A DNA stretch of 63,201 nt, filler included, from Aduncisulcus paluster (GCA_024181965.1; 19 parts of 19 records of this genome joined end to end with filler, not necessarily neighbours in it), one strand, 5' to 3'; positions 1 through 13,271 are shown, counted from the first letter of the whole stretch. The notes: generated by a model not told the origin, from the letters alone. Translations and numbers: made by a program.

Positions 1-179
1 GACAAATTGGATTTTAATCTTGCCAAATATCGCTCAAATGAAAACCAATGCTGGAGCGTTTTCGATGTTTTTTTTTATTTAAGTTATAACTGAAATAAAA
101 TAATGTCAGGGAGATTGATATGCAGGGAACCTGACCCTTTGAATATTCTTACACTAATAAACTTGCTCGCAACCCAATT

Positions 180-640
180 TTCAGATCCTCTTCTTTATCT
201 TTTTCATCCAGACTGGCCATTACAGCACTTCTTAAAGACTCAGTATATAACCCACTGATAAACTTGGTCAACACTCTTTTGTGAGATACCAGCCCTTCGA
301 ATTGCTTTGAGATGCTCTTAAAGTTTTAAATGTATCGCAAATACGCATCCATCGTGAGAGAATTCTCCATTTTATACATTGCTCGAGTCTTCGATAAAAT
401 TCTACCACATTCTTTGAGACAAATAAACTCGTAACATTCTCCAATAAAGCTTTTCTACTGCAGAGGTTTTGATATCAGCGGAGTCAACTAACATAATATG
501 GTTTCCATCACATCAGGAACAATACACTCCGTCCATTTCTTTTTTCCCCCTGAGAGCATATACAAATTAAATTCCGATTGGAAATTCATCCAAGAACGTT
601 CATCAAACCGTTTTAATATGGGAGTTTGTAATCTTTCATC
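180..640 (-). pseudogene. Decayed Ty3/gypsy gag remnant (stops and frameshifts)
   Basis: Manual minus-strand translation gives LQTPILKRFDERSWMNFQSEFNLYMLSGGKKKWTECIVPDVMETILC* and MENSLTMDAYLRYI*NFK...FISGLYTESLRSAVMASLD. These align with LKPPFLTKFSKDDWHEFFCQYAIYKAQGGKQKWIVLVSP and MGNLFCLTAYMEYAIRFK...FIRGLRPERLQSRVTAEMD of the gag at 30640 in this window. Confidence 0.75.
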
Positions 641-861
641 ACCCCCCCATACGAGCTTTTTTATCTTCAGGGGCCATTTTCAACGCCAGTTGTCTTTCAG
701 ACGCTGCTTTGGCCTTAATAGCATGCATGTTATAATCTTCTTCGAGTTTCTCTCTTAGCATCAATATCAAATAAAACGTGTTATCAGAAAACAATGCAAA
801 TAAAGAAAATTTAAAATAATAATATTATTATTAATCCCGTGAAGGGAGACTAGCAAATTTA

Positions 862-1119
862 TTAAAATAAAAGAATACAGGTAATCACCGGCTGATGTCG
901 GTAATCATCAATCTCCTTCACCGTCTTTTCTAAAGGTGCAAATAAATCTCTATATCGACTTATCAGTTCTTTTAAACGTGGGAAATTTGGATACTCGTTA
1001 TTTGCGTAATCAGTGGGGTCCTCCCTGATTTCTTTCTCGGAGAAACAAAAATATCCATCGCTCTTTTCATCATCATCCACCACAACATCTTCAATGCCGA
1101 ATGCATTCATTTTGTACAA
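862..1119 (-). pseudogene. Possible retrotransposon protease-RT linker fragment
   Basis: LKELISRYRDLFAP resembles the segment preceding RT in gypsy pol; lies beside the gag remnant in AT-rich decayed DNA. Confidence 0.3.
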
Positions 1120-1955
1120 TCCGAATCTTTCGCCCTCGTTCTTCCTATTATCAAGTCATACTCTCCCACAAGGCCAGAAATAATTGGGTTTAACTGTAAG
1201 CATGTTAATCTTTTCACTTTTCCTATTTTGATTGAAAAGCTCTACGGATTTTACAAAGAAGCAGAAATCATTTCCATATTTAGAAGTAATGAATACGTGT
1301 CGTTAATACATATGTATTATGAAAGTTAAGAACAGATCAGTACTATGGTGTCTCAGAGGAAATTTTCGAGGTATTCCTTATGGAACCTGAGGTGAAGAAC
1401 AGAGGGAACCATATAAATTCTATGTAGACCCGGGTGAGTACTGATAGTAATTAAAATGTATCAAGATTGAGTCGCAGTCCTAGTGGTAGACGTGGGTCGA
1501 AGGTGATTGCTTAACTCATGAAAGAGTCAGAGATGAGCAGAGACATTAATATAATCAACATGATAGCCTCTAGTAACGAATTGAAATAAAACTTGATTGA
1601 CCTGGTCCCGGCACTGGAAAACTCGCTTATCATTCCTGGTATTATGCCTAAATTATATCTTATTGTCGATAATGTTTCTCGATATAGACGAAAAGAGGTT
1701 GGATTGTACTTATCACTTTCTGGAACAATCTGATAAGGAGATATATGTGTCAATGAATAGAAGTACTACTTCTGATTAGTAATCAAAAATTATTCGCGGA
1801 ACAGGATATTGATAGAGTGTGTACCATCTATATTTCATTAAATGGGAACATGATTCGACTGTTTGTGACTGTATTGGTATTGTAAAAGTGATGGAAGATA
1901 GAGATGATCAATACAAGGTACAAAGTCAATACCAATGGCAGAGCAAATTTCTGAT

Positions 1956-2055
1956 NNNNNNNNNNNNNNNNNNNNNNNNNNNNNNNNNNNNNNNNNNNNT
2001 TAATTAATTAANNNNNNNNNNNNNNNNNNNNNNNNNNNNNNNNNNNNNNNNNNNN
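1956..2055. other. Artificial contig linker N44-TTAATTAATTAA-N44. The same linker starts at 12193, 14487, 16703, 19013, 23239, 25268, 26775, 31590, 33654, 35477, 48924, 52198, 54443, 55983, 57705, 59398 and 61378.
   Basis: Identical 100-nt structure 18 times; the core has stops in all frames; ORFs run off into it. Confidence 0.98.
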
Positions 2056-3887
2056 TGATATTGAGACAAATTAAGGAGGATGAACTCGAAACTATGGAGG
2101 CAGTGTTCAGCTATTGTGCTTATTTCATGGGAAAGACTTTCAGACTTACAAAGGAAGTTGGAGAGTGTGTGCGTGCTGGAAAGTCTCTATCTGAACTCCC
2201 TGATGAATTCCTCCCTTCTAGAAGCTCCAACTATGTCATCCCTTCGCTTGGGATCAAGACCCTGATCATGAAACACCAATTATTGCGTGTGTTCAGTGCC
2301 TTTGTGAGTGTGGATCGTCAGAATGAGTATATTATGCAATGTGCCTACAACATGGTCGCCAGGATGCCCGAGTATCAGCCATCAGAGTCCTCTGAGTCGG
2401 TTGATCTGTCCAAGATGTATGTTGTTGTCACGGAGAACCTTCTGAAGGTCATTCGAAAAATTGAGAGCACAATCAGTCACTCCTTTTCACTGCACACCTT
2501 TGACACTATTGCAGGCTGTGTGCGGAGGATGCATGGGTCACACATCGAGATGATAAACAAAACAATCCTTGATTTCTCGCAACATTGTCTCTCAAAGAAT
2601 CTTGAAGATTTCACTCCATTCGTCATCCAGATCATGGGTGTGCTTGTACGCGAGCAATTGAAACGTGAGACCCAAAGAATAGCCTCCTCGGGCGTTGGGG
2701 GATCTGTGGTCATTCCAAAGAGTTTTGACATGTTCTTTGGCAACATCATGAACAAATCCCTGTGGAAGGGACCAATGATTCCTGCACTGACGACTGTGGT
2801 GGAATCGTTCATTTCAAGTGCCCCTGCATATATTCTGACTCACTCGTCATCCGATACCCCGACTATCTTGCGTCTGTGTAAACTTGCTGCCAATTTGGCT
2901 CGTATTCCGATGAGAGAAGGGGAAGGGTTCTCCATCTTGACCCACATATGCTTGTATATCCTTTTCCCTAATCCCAATTCGACCCTCAGCCGAGTTCACT
3001 CTATCTCTTGCTCAAGCTCTTCCCTCTCTTCTCTCCCCGATTCCCTCCTCTCTTCCTCTGCTGGGCTTCCATCAGAGCGTCAAGAGATCATCCGGGAAGG
3101 TCTGTGCTCATTCATCACAACAGCCATCACGCGTCTCGTCAAGGAGCACAAAGAGGCTGAGGAAAAGGGGACAAACTCGCCAGCAGCAAGGAGACGACTC
3201 TCCTTGAGCACACATTTATGCATGTTCATCTGCATGCTCTTTGCAAGGGTCAAGAATGTTGCATGGGTTATCCAATGGTGTGGTGGATTGGATCAGTTCG
3301 TGGACCTCATGTTCATTGTTCTGGCCAATGTTGTTGAGAAGGGAGTCGACATTGCTTCTCGAGCGACTGTGTTGGTTGGAGTGAGTCGTCTTTTGTGCCA
3401 TCAACATGTACTCAAGGAGATTGGACACCATTCAAAGGGTGAGGCTGTTGTTCTGCTGTTTGCTTGTCTCCTCACATGTGGGTTTGAGGCTGGCGGCATT
3501 GTCCTCCCAGGTCGTCATCCAGGGGCCCAATCGAAGGGAAAGGGGGACAAAAAGGAGAAGGAGATTGAGGAGTTTCTCATGGAGTGCAGGAGCAAGGGAC
3601 GTAAGTTGCAAGACCACGAGGGAATGGGTTACAGAGCTTCATTCAGTATGCTCTCTGAGGTTAGCAAGGGAAGGATATCGGACACTGTTTTTGATGTCTT
3701 CAAACATTCATGCAAGGATGAAATAGGAGCAGACAAGGGTGGGTATGTAACTGCTGATCTCAAAACAACCATTCTAAGATTACTCAAACCTCAAATGCAG
3801 TTTGTCCAAAGGTTGGCATCACATGGAGGGTTACCAGAGAAAGCCAAGGGATTCCTTGGACAGCTATGGAGGCTTTTGAATGATTAA
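2056..3887 (+). CDS. CSE1: Exportin-2 / CAS-CSE1, C-terminal part (5' truncated)
   Basis: NEYIMQCAY, EDFTPFVIQI, LWKGPMIPAL and GYRASFSML correspond to CSE1 motifs NEYLMKCI, EFIPYVFQ, LWERTGNIPAL and GYQTAFSQL. Confidence 0.72.
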
Positions 3888-4077
3888 TCCATAATTAGTT
3901 CACTAATAGGAGATGAGAGATAGATATAAGATGGAATTCAAGGAAGATCTGTCAGACTATTCTTGAATTATTTTGTTTTTATTCATGGTTATAGATCTAC
4001 TCTATATGGGAAAATCGAAAATCATCTATTTTTATCTTTCTTGAACAATAGTTTTTGCCAACTATACAGAAATGTCA

Positions 4078-5473
4078 TCAAATATCATCACCTCGAATAA
4101 AAATAAGGGATTCGATGTAGAAATCTACACTTTTCTTATCCATCCACGATCCTTTCCCTTCAATCTCACACAATACAACATTATCCAAATCAATAGGAAG
4201 GAAGTACCATTCATGTCGTTGCCATTTTTTCTCATCGGGTTTTGTGAAATCATACTTCTTACATGTCTTCTTACCGTCATCATCAGTGAAAGCGAAGAGA
4301 AGAGAGGGTGAATTTTCCTGATTATCCACACAGATATAAGCACCTTTCAGAGGACTAGGTGATGGGAAAGGAATGGAAAGATGGGATAAGACAACATCAT
4401 CTTCCCCTTTTAACATTCTTTGTGCTTCTGAACTCTTATCATACTCCTCGGATTCCTTTCTATACGCATCATCCTTGCACTTAACCATTGAGAATGAGGG
4501 ATCTACAACCTTTGGATCATCACGTGGAATGGGAATAGAAATTCTATCATCATATTCATCTCCGGGAATAGAATATCTCCGTCCTTTCTTAACAAACTCT
4601 GGTTTCACAACTTGAGCTTCACGCCATAATTTCTCTTTGGCTTCACGAGATTCGATTTCTTCAGGAGTTTCTTCTCTAATGAAAAAGAGGGTTTGGATAG
4701 TAAAACTCTTTTTTTTTCTTCCTCGCCATATTCCTTTCCCTGTAATCTCACACAGAACAACATCAGGGAGATCAACAGGAAGGAAATACCAATGATAGCC
4801 TATAAATTCGGGAAATTCGTATTTTTTGGATGTTTTCTCACCCTTTGAAGATGTGAGAGTGAAGATAAGATGTGATGGAGGTGAAGCCCAAGATCTACCA
4901 TATAGAGAGATATAAGCCCCTTTCATTGGGGAAGATGAAGAGAAAGGAATGGAGATATGGGTAAAATCCCCTTCATTATACTCTCCTTTCACCATCTCTT
5001 TTGCAGTATAACTCTGATTGTACCCTAATTTACCTTCCTTGGTTCCATCTATTGCTTTGATAGTTGGAAGGTTTGCACTCTTAATATTGGGGGCATCTCC
5101 AGGAATTGGACAACAAGCCTGGACAGCAATGGTATTCTCCTTCATGAACAAACTCAGGTTTCACAGTTTGAATAACAGAAGCTANNNNNNNNNNNNNNNN
5201 NNNNGGGAAGATGAAGAGAAAGGAATGGAGATATGGGTAAAATCCCCTTCATTATACTCTCCTTTCACCATCTCTTTTGCAGTATAACTCTGATTGTACC
5301 CTAATTTACCTTCCTTGGTTCCATCTATTGCTTTGATAGTTGGAAGGTTTGCACTCTTAATATTGGGGGCATCTCCAGGAATTGGACAACAAGCCTGGAC
5401 AGCAATGGTATTCTCCTTCATGAACAAACTCAGGTTTCACAGTTTGAATAACAGAAGCTATGGATGAACTCAT
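4078..5473 (-). CDS. Lineage-specific protein with two tandem ~170-aa domains; frameshifted near the N-terminus; region includes a gap-overlap duplicate
   Basis: Internal repeat KPEFV..PIP.D.P..HISIPF.S.SP.KGAYI..F..T...G.KT.KKY.F..WYFLP.DL..VVLCEI.GKG. ATG at 5473 opens MSSSIASVIQTVKPEFVHEG in a different frame from the main ORF. Confidence 0.7.
4929..5460. repeat. Scaffold-gap overlap duplication (4929-5184 = 5205-5460). Same artefact at 7005-7321/7342-7658, 8596-8884/8905-9193, 38615-38770/38791-38946 and 44950-45121/45142-45313.
   Basis: Each 20-N gap is flanked by the same sequence on both sides (0-1 mismatch seen). Confidence 0.93.
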
Positions 5474-6360
5474 TTGTACACTTTCAGTTGAACCCATTTG
5501 AATAGAGAGAATATCTTATCTAAAAAATAAAAACAAGCAGAATAATGAATGAATCCGGTTAAAATATTTCTTAATATATATTTAATAAAAGATGCGACAT
5601 ATAGTAAACATACAATTTGCTTGTTTGCCAAGACACCGAAAAAATGGACTGAACTAGCAACCCTTCAATAGATAAGATTGGAAATCTAAAGAACACATAT
5701 AAACGAATTAAATGCTGGTAAATGATAAAAACATGCTTTATTTTCATTTCCATGTTTTTTCTCGATATCTCAGGCTTTTTGGGACCACTCAGGACTCCAT
5801 ATAGTTCTATTTCACGTGTTAAGAACATTTATGAATGATTACAGTGCTATTCAATAACATGGATATATTTCCATTTCATTTTTATCCTTATCCTAAGCTT
5901 TTCCGAAAAAACCGTTATTTCCGAGTGACTCGGGTTTTTCTGGGCATTTGTGTTTGCCTTCAAGGCAACAAGTTGTTCGTTGATTGCAAGATGTCATCTT
6001 CAAGATGATATTTACAAAAGTTCATGTCAGCCAACATATGCGATAAACTGACCAATGGTCCCGAATAATATGATTACGCATATGTTTTTTGCGGATCTTA
6101 TTTTTTTTCGTTCCCATTGATTTGTTTCTAATCAAATGTGTTGCTTTAATTTTGTAGATATTCTTGATGTCTGTTTTTGTGCTCATAGTTGTAAAATTTT
6201 CCGAGAGCACAACGGTTTTCCATGATTTATTCCGTGAAAAAAACATGTTTAGGCCTCTTGGACTATTCAGAGCTGACCTCTGAATGATAGTTTCATGCAA
6301 ATCTTCGAGCAAACGAATCGAATTTCAAGAGGGTTTTTATTACACATGAAGCATTTTAAT

Positions 6361-9300
6361 TTAGACATATTCGTTGTATTCATGTTCAGATATTTCTTCT
6401 ACCTCTTCCTCTTCTTCCTCTTCTGCTTCCGCCAAAGCTCTTACCCTTTCATCTTCTTCAATTTCCTTCTGTGCAATAACAATGTGCTCAGAATCCACTC
6501 CAAGGATCTCAAACATTTGTCCTATTCTCTTGAAATTTTCCTCAACAATGAGATGCTCAAGCTCGGCATCGTCTTTCATGTCTTTAAGGATGTCCTCAAT
6601 ATGTTTTAGGGAACTGTGCAGACGTGCCAAATATTTTCGATGGCCAGGAATCGATTCGGGAAATAAATATCTTCCATGTCCGACTAACATTTCAAAGCAA
6701 TCCAATAGATACGATACGTTGGATCTAAATTCAGGTTCAAACTGTTCAGGTTCCAATATTTTCTCAGAAATAAAATGATGCAAATCTTTGACATATTCCC
6801 CATGTTCTCTCCATGGAAATTCTCCTTCTAAAAATAGATTTAGGGGACACATCAAGAGTTGTGATATTGAGCCTAACATGTCATCGTTTGGGTCTAAACT
6901 CCATGAATCACGCATCCTGGGGTGGAAAACCATTGATAAGACACCAAGATGATTTTGAGAGTACCATTTAGGAGCGAGAGAAGGGAAAGCCAGTCCCGAA
7001 ATCATCAATCTTCTGGTCTTTGTGCATCTTTCCTCGTCTTCTTCCTCTTCCTCATCCTCCTCTGGGAAATCAGGCTCCAACATTTCAGATGGTTGCAAAG
7101 GAACGGAAGAACACATATCTCTGAGATCATAAGAAGGTACTTGAACCACACTAATTGGTTTAGATTCCTTAATAAAGGGGGGGCCGTATGAAATCCCAAG
7201 CAAACTTGTCAGCCATGGTAGTTCCCTTGCAATTAATTCAGTACATTCAAATATTTCGGCATACCTTTTGACACAAAGGAGAAGAAAATATACTTCTTTT
7301 CGAGGTAAACCAGGCAAAATGNNNNNNNNNNNNNNNNNNNNTCAATCTTCTGGTCTTTGTGCATCTTTCCTCGTCTTCTTCCTCTTCCTCATCCTCCTCT
7401 GGGAAATCAGGCTCCAACATTTCAGATGGTTGCAAAGGAACGGAAGAACACATATCTCTGAGATCATAAGAAGGTACTTGAACCACACTAATTGGTTTAG
7501 ATTCCTTAATAAAGGGGGGGCCGTATGAAATCCCAAGCAAACTTGTCAGCCATGGTAGTTCCCTTGCAATTAATTCAGTACATTCAAATATTTCGGCATA
7601 CCTTTTGACACAAAGGAGAAGAAAATATACTTCTTTTCGAGGTAAACCAGGCAAAATGCAAAAAAGATTATAAGCAATGTTTCGTTTTAAAACCAAAAAA
7701 TTACGACCCTGAAACTCGGGATCAAGCGATTCAATAAAGCCTTCGGGAAGACTTGGAGCTCCATTTGGGCGGTGTTTAGGGCCATAATCATATTCAACAT
7801 GTGAATCCTTTGCTCCAGTTTCTATAATCTTATAAACCGAAAGACTTGGATCATAGAGATCCTCCTCATCGGTCGAAGTCACAGTTGTATAAATATCGGC
7901 ACACCAAGGTGGATATGAATGTTTAGATTCAACCCAGAATAGGAAATCCTTGAGAACATACTCAAATAAGTGTTCACATGTTCGCATTGAATGTTTAGAC
8001 TCGAAGTTTACCAAGCGAGTGAGAGAAACGGCATGAGCGGTACCACATTGCTCAGCCTCGATAATTTCATTTATAAGATTGGTCAGTGTTGGAGTGGAGC
8101 ATGAGAAAGAAGTATCCGAAATACGTCGCAGGACTGTCTCATATACCCTTGAAAGAATGTTAGTTGACATGTGCATAACAATGAGTAAGACTCGGTTATC
8201 TTTCTCTGAATCTTGGTTCCAATTATCCAAAGTCTTCACGGAACCGATTTCTTCCAAAGCAAACCGGATATCTGCCCGGGTAAGGTCTTGTTCAACCCAA
8301 GTCTTAAACTTGACGAGTTCTTTCAAAAAGGGAATGTAAGATGCCTTGAACACATCAGAAATACGCTCAGATTTTAAGGCTGCAGAAGTTGAACAAGAAG
8401 ATTCTCTCGCTTCCTCTCTCGCTTCCTCTCTCGCTTCCTCTCTCGCTTCCTCTTCTTCTTCTTTCATATAAGAACAAATGATTCCATCTTTGTCAAATGG
8501 ATCATCCTGGAACTGTAAAATATTACATACGCTTGACTTTTCATCAGAAAGATCTTTTCTTAATCCTTCCCAAAGTTTCTCATTTCTATTTATATCTTCT
8601 TTCCTCATCAGTCGGTATCCATAGGAAAAAGTATTAGGTGGATAATCCTTATCATCCTCTTCTGCACAAGGCTCAATGGAAGTGCACCAGTAACACAGTA
8701 AAAAGAAATTTGAAAAGAGCTTATTTAAGGAGAAGGGTGGTGAAGAAGAGGAATAATCCTTGCAATCTGTTGGTTGAGACATGGCTGTTTTGTTGCTCTC
8801 TTCCTCCTTCTCTTCCTTCTCTTCCTTTTCTTCCTGTTGACATCTCTCGTTCCATCTTAAATGTGCTTCACGGAAGATAATATTNNNNNNNNNNNNNNNN
8901 NNNNCTTCTTTCCTCATCAGTCGGTATCCATAGGAAAAAGTATTAGGTGGATAATCCTTATCATCCTCTTCTGCACAAGGCTCAATTGAAGTGCACCAGT
9001 AACACAGTAAAAAGAAATTTGAAAAGAGCTTATTTAAGGAGAAGGGTGGTGAAGAAGAGGAATAATCCTTGCAATCTGTTGGTTGAGACATGGCTGTTTT
9101 GTTGCTCTCTTCCTCCTTCTCTTCCTTCTCTTCCTTTTCTTCCTGTTGACATCTCTCGTTCCATCTTAAATGTGCTTCACGGAAGATAATATTGTTCAAC
9201 GAATGTGGAGGACCGTCAACACAGAATATGTTTGAGATAATTGAAGAAAAAGCTTTCAAAATAAACCAGTCTGTTTCAAGCCCTAAAACTTTCCCGATCG

Positions 9301-11386
9301 TGTTACTCACTTGCATATTCCTCTTCAAATGGTCATTCATTGTATATATGCCCCTTGCATAATTTAACATGGCATATTGTTTGATAGATAATCTCAAGGA
9401 ATTGCCCTTAAAAGCTTCCGTAATGAAATTATCAATATCCTCAACAAAACTACTTTCTCGAGGTATGGCGGAATCAATAGCATTCGCCCAATTAACCTCT
9501 GGATAGGCAGACACGTCATCATCGAATCTCTTCTCAAGGACACGACGAGTCATGATGAAATCGTGGTGCAAATCGACCTTGTTAATGCTTTCAAAAAGAC
9601 TACGGTGCCATTGATGATCAAGTCCATACGCACGCTTGGCTTCAGCGACACCTTCCTGGTAACCTCGAGACAAGGGAAGATCTCTATCCAAAAGACTCAG
9701 AATATAGGAGGATTCAAACTCAAGTATGGACACCATTCCATGAATGTTATCGTGTAATACAATAATAATAATTGCAATATAACGACGCACTGACAAAGGA
9801 AACATACCAGGAGTTGCCAAGTATGTCAACAATTGGAACCATATGTTGAAAGATGATTGATGGAACATTGCAGATACATCTCCTCCCTTTTCCTTCACAA
9901 GCAAATGTCCAGCCACATTAAGAGTCATAAAAGAGATATTTCGACAGGTGAGATCGAGAATATCACGAGAAATAGCATCCTCTCCACTCTCAGAGAATAT
10001 CAATAGAATCTGTTGGAACAATCCAAGTAACTCGGAAAGAAAGGAAGCGACATCGTGGCATTGAGTCTCGGTGGAGGTATTCGTAACAGGTGCTGGAGGA
10101 GAAGACAAGAGAGATTCAATGCTGGAGATGAGAATTGAGGATGGTGAAATATCAGGGCTGCCATCACCAGCACCAGTATCAGAGCTTGGAGCAGAATCAC
10201 CTTTGCGGACACCACTAGAACCTTTGAGTTCTTTCTCAAAAGATATTTTTAGAGCAACTGAGAACATTGTTTTCAAGGAATCATCAGTGGGCACATGTTC
10301 ACGATCTTTTGAAAGGACAAACTTGACAATATCTTCAGAAAGAGCAGAAACATCAAGGGTGACACGAGAAGTTGAGAGAGGTTCCTCTTGTTTCTTTGTA
10401 ATCTGCATCTTTTCTTCTTCCTCTTCCTCTTCTTCCTTTTTGAACTGACCCGACGAGGAAATACCACGATAAACATCAGATAAAATATATCTCAAATCAA
10501 TAAAATGTTGTTTTTTTGTCAATCCTTTGCCCCGTTTCTTTAAGAATTTACCACAAAACTCCCGGTATTCTTTGTCAAATTCATCTATACCGTCCTGTAC
10601 AAAATCGGAGATAGATGAATCAGAATTGCGAAGATCGAGGTATGGGAGACGAAAAACTTTGGAAATATCACTTACAAACGATGTTCTTGATTTAATCAAT
10701 GCAGAGCACCATTCAAAGAAGATTTCATGAAGAGAATTCATGAGAGACTCGGGAGATTCAGAATAATCGCGAAGAAAACGAGCAACACAAGAAGCCTGAT
10801 AACCTTTCGGAAATATGCCCAAATCTTCGAGGATTAAGATTGATTCGAGCATATGAGAAACATCAATATATATATTCGCGAGATTTAAATGTTGCTTTAC
10901 CTTTTTACGAAGAGCAGCACCCTTGACGGAATTACATTCTTTTACGAATATTAAATAGCTTAGACTTAGGCATATATACCATGAAGAAGTAGTTACGAGG
11001 GAATTCTCAGTGGAACTGTTAATAATGGAGCAAATTGGAATAACAGGAGACGACAAAATTCCAAATGAACGAAGGGAAAGAGATTTGAGCATAGAACTAT
11101 TATATATTCCATATGTCCTCAGAGAACAAGTCTTATCATATGCTATACCATGTATGGATTCAGTAGAAGGATCTTTGGAAAGAATGTACAGAATATTTTC
11201 ATTCACTTCTTCAATGATATCAATAGAATCAAGATCAACTCCTTTAATGGAGGGATAAATGAAACATGAGCACAATTCACCTTTAAAAAGACCCAATCTA
11301 AGCTGAAATTGATTATCAGCATAGATACTTTTTCCAAGCTTTACATTGTCATAATGGTGATGATCCTTGCATTTTATAATCCCCAT
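6361..11386 (-). CDS. Large hypothetical protein (~1459 aa after collapsing two gap duplications)
   Basis: ORFs 7247-11386 and 6361-7317 join when the duplicated gap flanks are removed; Glu-rich tracts and REEA x4; no family recognised. Confidence 0.8.
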
Positions 11387-11734
11387 TTTAGAAAATAGAG
11401 GGAGTAGATGTTGTAAAAATCCAAACTAAACCAAGTAGCAATTCAAAAAGTAAACTGGAATAAGGAACTCGAAAAGTCAAATTAAGAAACGAATTGTCAA
11501 GTAAATTGATTGTAATTTACTTCTAATATAATAATCTTTCAGAATTATGGCCATATGGACAGATAGAAACTTGTAGATCTATAAGACAGCTGGTCTGAAT
11601 ATTGGAATATAAAGATCAGTTAAAAAAATATTAATAAGCATTTATTCATAAAGAATTTGATTCCAAATTACATTTCTATCTTGTAATCAAAGTCGGTTGA
11701 TGATCTCCGATCTGTCTCTTTTTTTTTGTTGCAT

Positions 11735-12192
11735 ATGGATTCAGTTTATCAGAACATCCGTCGTAAATACGACATTCCCGTTCCTCCAGCCCTTTCTGGT
11801 CTCGATTTCTCCTTTACTAAGGGAGGTGCTACTGTAAGTCGTCGTGATTGTGCTGATGTTGCCTCTGCTTTCCCTAAGACATACGGTCAACCAGTTATTA
11901 AGGTTTCCAAATCTGATAAATCCCTTGAAAGTAAGCCATTCCGTATTGGTTGCTGTCTTTCTGGTGGTCCCGCTGCTGGTGGTCACAATGTCATCATCGG
12001 TCTTTATGATAAGCTTAAACAAATCCACAAGGAGTCATCTCTTATCGGATTTACTGGTGGACCAGCCGGAATCCTTAACAAGGAATATGTTGAAGTTGAT
12101 GATGCTCTGGCTTACAAATTCAGAAATATGGGAGGATTTGATATGCTTGGAAGTGGTAGAACTAAACTTGAAACAGAAGAACACTTTGAAAC
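11735..12192 (+). CDS. pfp: Pyrophosphate-dependent phosphofructokinase, long type (3' truncated)
   Basis: RIGCCLSGGPAAGGHNVIIGLYD, GFTGGPAGI and FRNMGGFDMLGSGRTKLET are characteristic of long-clade PPi-PFK. Confidence 0.92.
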
Positions 12193-12292
12193 NNNNNNNN
12201 NNNNNNNNNNNNNNNNNNNNNNNNNNNNNNNNNNNNTTAATTAATTAANNNNNNNNNNNNNNNNNNNNNNNNNNNNNNNNNNNNNNNNNNNN

Positions 12293-13198
12293 GATCGTAA
12301 GGCCCGTGATGTGATGAAAGGCGAAGAGATGCATGTCCTCGTCGGAGGGTTGCCATACGCTCCTGCCGATACAGAAAAGGAGGAAGAGGCAAAAGAAAAA
12401 ATTAAAACCAACGTTTTAGACATTCTCTTTAAAAAATATGGTATCAAGGAAGCCGATTTCAAAACTGCTGAACTCTCTTTTGTTTCTGGAATTTCCCCTC
12501 GTTACGTTGGATTTGACAAGGCCTTTATTGCTGCTGCTGGCCAAGATGACGGTGTGTGCTCTTACTGTGGTGTTGAGGCCATGTTCCAGATGTGTCGTGA
12601 TGGCGTGATCCCCGAGCGTACATGTGTTATGGTTGGACATGACAAAGAGGAGATTGGAAGCAATGGACCCACTGGTGCTCAGTCTAGATTCTTTACCTTC
12701 GTTTTGCATGACCTTGTTGCCAGAATTACTGGAAAAGAATCTGCAATGGCTTCCAACGCCGCTTTTACCAAGAGTTTCCTTCTCTCTGCCGATGTTACTG
12801 CTGCCGTAAACCCCATTTTCACCTCTCCTCATGATCCTAAACTTGCTGCCAAGGCTGGATACGGAGTGTGTGTTGAGAAATATACTGGTCACGGAGGGAA
12901 ATACGGAACGAACGATGCCACTGCCGAAGCCATGGGTGAGTTGAAAGCCATATTCAAGAAACACAAGGTTCCATATGTTGTGTGCACTCTGGGTAAAGTT
13001 GGAGCTGGAGGAGGAGGCACTATCTGTAAGTTTACTTGTGAACAACTTGCCTGTGACGGAATAGATGTCGGGACTCCTGTATTGGCCATGCACTCTCCAT
13101 ATGAATTATGTCATGTGTGTGATATTTATGCCACTTTCAAGGCTTATCTTGCCTTTTATAAAGGTATGAGGGAAGAAACTGAGGAACTTGAAGAATAA
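12293..13198 (+). CDS. M18 family (aspartyl) aminopeptidase (5' truncated)
   Basis: GQDD, DKEEIGS, SADV, KYTGHGGKYGTNDA, GGGGTI and AMHSPYE motifs. Confidence 0.9.
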   Translation, partial: DRKARDVMKGEEMHVLVGGLPYAPADTEKEEEAKEKIKTNVLDILFKKYGIKEADFKTAELSFVSGISPRYVGFDKAFIAAAGQDDGVCSYCGVEAMFQMCRDGVIPERTCVMVGHDKEEIGSNGPTGAQSRFFTFVLHDLVARITGKESAMASNAAFTKSFLLSADVTAAVNPIFTSPHDPKLAAKAGYGVCVEKYTGHGGKYGTNDATAEAMGELKAIFKKHKVPYVVCTLGKVGAGGGGTICKFTCEQLACDGIDVGTPVLAMHSPYELCHVCDIYATFKAYLAFYKGMREETEELEE

Positions 13199-13271
13199 AT
13201 CTATAAATAGATCAAGAGTCAAATCATTTGACTCAAATGATTAATAGTTAGATCTAACTTAGAGCCGGTAC

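Noticed and set aside
2000..2011. Recurrent TTAATTAATTAA as a biological motif or repeat array
   Set aside because: Always centred in N44 blocks; a synthetic contig-joining linker.
7005..7658. Apparent tandem exon or domain duplications beside 20-N gaps
   Set aside because: All five internal gaps show the same flank overlap, typical of unmerged scaffold overlaps.
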